From positions 30,344 to 94,343 of the forward strand of contig NMRA01000622.1 of the NCBI GenBank assembly GCA_002633005.1: DNA of 64,000 nucleotides, written 5' to 3'. Made by a program: the position numbers and the translations under genes. Of this stretch, positions 62,581 to 64,000 are shown one piece after another (within the stretch, counting starts at the first letter, position 1; the number at the start of each line of letters is the position of its first letter). This stretch comes from Phoronis australis. Lineage: Eukaryota > Animalia > Phoronida. The notes beneath the pieces were generated by a model that was not told the DNA's origin, did no database searches, and saw only the letters and a list, made by a program, of their open reading frames with translations.

Positions 62581-64000
62581 TTCGGAGATCATTGCTTTAG
62601 TTTGTTCGAAATACAGTTCTGATCGAAAAGAGGTTCCCATTGAACGAGCTTAACCAGTCCGACCTAGGGTGATCCTTAACCAGAGTGAGGGTAGGCTTCG
62701 ACTGGAAGGCCGTTGAACTCAGTTGGGTTGAGACTCAACTTAAGAATGGCCTTGGCTGGATCTCGGATGGACTGCGGTTATTGAGGCATTTAATGTCCGG
62801 GAGGTTACTCCTGTATATGCTACTACTGAATACTGAACCAGCATTCATGCCTCGGCCTGCTCACACGTTTTTGTTAAGTTTGTGCTCTTTATGTTGAATG
62901 TAATATATTAGTTTATACATTGAACGCAAGAATTTTCGGGAACTCTTATGGGTTAAAAGTAGAAAGATTTGGAAAGGTGAAAATCGAGTGAAGAGTGTTC
63001 CAAAGAGCTGGTGCAACAACTGTGAAAGGCAGGATCAACCATAAGTTTTTGTGTTTGAGCTTAGGTCACTGAGGATTATGTCTATCCTCATTGGAATGCA
63101 ACTATCCAGAAGGCTCTGAAATGCACATAAGTCCCCCAAGTACATTTTAATCTTAATTGTTAGGCCAGCTGTTGAAATTTCCTTGGTATCAGTCTTGTCC
63201 CTTCCTCTATTGTGAATCAGTTCACTGTCCACACTAATCCCTTTAATAAAGTGGCTCACCCAACCTAAACCATTGGAAAACGCCCTTTCACTACATGCTC
63301 ATTAACATGCTATTTACAAACATTGTGACAGCTATAGTGTATACCTGAGGTGGCACTGAATAGTTAGGCTGCGGCCACAGCTAATTTGCACTCCCAAAAT
63401 ATAGAAATTTTGGGGTAGGCCAAGTTTGGGGGCATTTTGTAGGTGGGCATTGCACGTAGGCTCAGTGAATGTGGTTTGTTTGTATTTGTGAACATGCTGT
63501 GAATAAAAAAAGGCCACTTTCTTGGCTGTAGCTGCACTCTTCTTCAAGATGGCGGCCCCCGGCTGCAATTGTGCATTGTGGGGTAGCGACCGAGAAATTG
63601 GCTGTGATTTTAGGTAGCCCTCAAACAAGCAAGAATTGCCAAAAAACTAGTTGGTTGACAGTACTTTTGGACCACATTTTCTGAATCGGTAGGAAATTTG
63701 CTTTCAGACTCTAATGTTGGTTTTAGTCGTGCATCGGCAGGGAAGTGGTGTTTTTCGGGTGAAAAGTGCCGATTTTGCATTTTTTTGCCCTTATTTTTCT
63801 TAGTCTAGCTTGGTTTTGAGTGGGAATGAAATGGTCAAAAATACAAGAAAGAATAAAGTTTCTGTGCTCATCTGCTGGGCTTTTTATGTGAAATAATTGA
63901 AAACATGCCATTCTTTGCATCCTGTTTTTGACAGAGTGAAGAAAAGGTTACAAATCAAGTGATGTGTGTTTTGCTAGACAAAACCCAGTGAGAACTGTTC

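Noticed and set aside
63035-63259. ORF with MRIDIILS, faintly like the LINE endonuclease SRIDY motif
   Set aside because: A single weak motif without other APE motifs.
61339-64000. Search for the upstream SLC5 exons (GASLFASNIGS..HF.GLAG) and promoter
   Set aside because: Not found; they probably lie beyond the window.

Overview
AT-rich eukaryotic (invertebrate-like metazoan) genomic DNA with one assembly gap (3823-4608). It is not prokaryotic, and almost all ORFs in the supplied track are noise. One gene dominates: a minus-strand SLC5-family Na+/solute symporter most like the Na+/myo-inositol cotransporter SMIT1 (SLC5A3). I could splice 13 GT-AG coding exons from 61338 down to the stop at 9450, giving 1872 nt in frame (623 aa plus stop). 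The N-terminal exons were not found and probably lie beyond 64000. Introns and flanks are full of transposon relics: a Gypsy integrase, a HERO-like RLE non-LTR element, a DIRS-like element, a hAT transposase, Helentron-type HINEs with ~150-bp internal arrays, MITEs with 5-bp TSDs, Kolobok-like and EnSpm-like MITEs, tRNA-derived SINEs and many minisatellites. I see no convincing new multi-gene system. The most unusual observations are (i) a ~52-bp minisatellite built from an exon's own 3' splice site, giving four upstream decoy acceptors that all hit in-frame stops; (ii) an intron-rich SMIT1-like gene, whereas mammalian SLC5A3 has an intronless CDS; (iii) HINE arrays carrying co-oriented CTCF-like motifs; and (iv) a head-to-head tRNA-SINE palindrome inside an intron. 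All family assignments come from recalled motifs, not from database searches.
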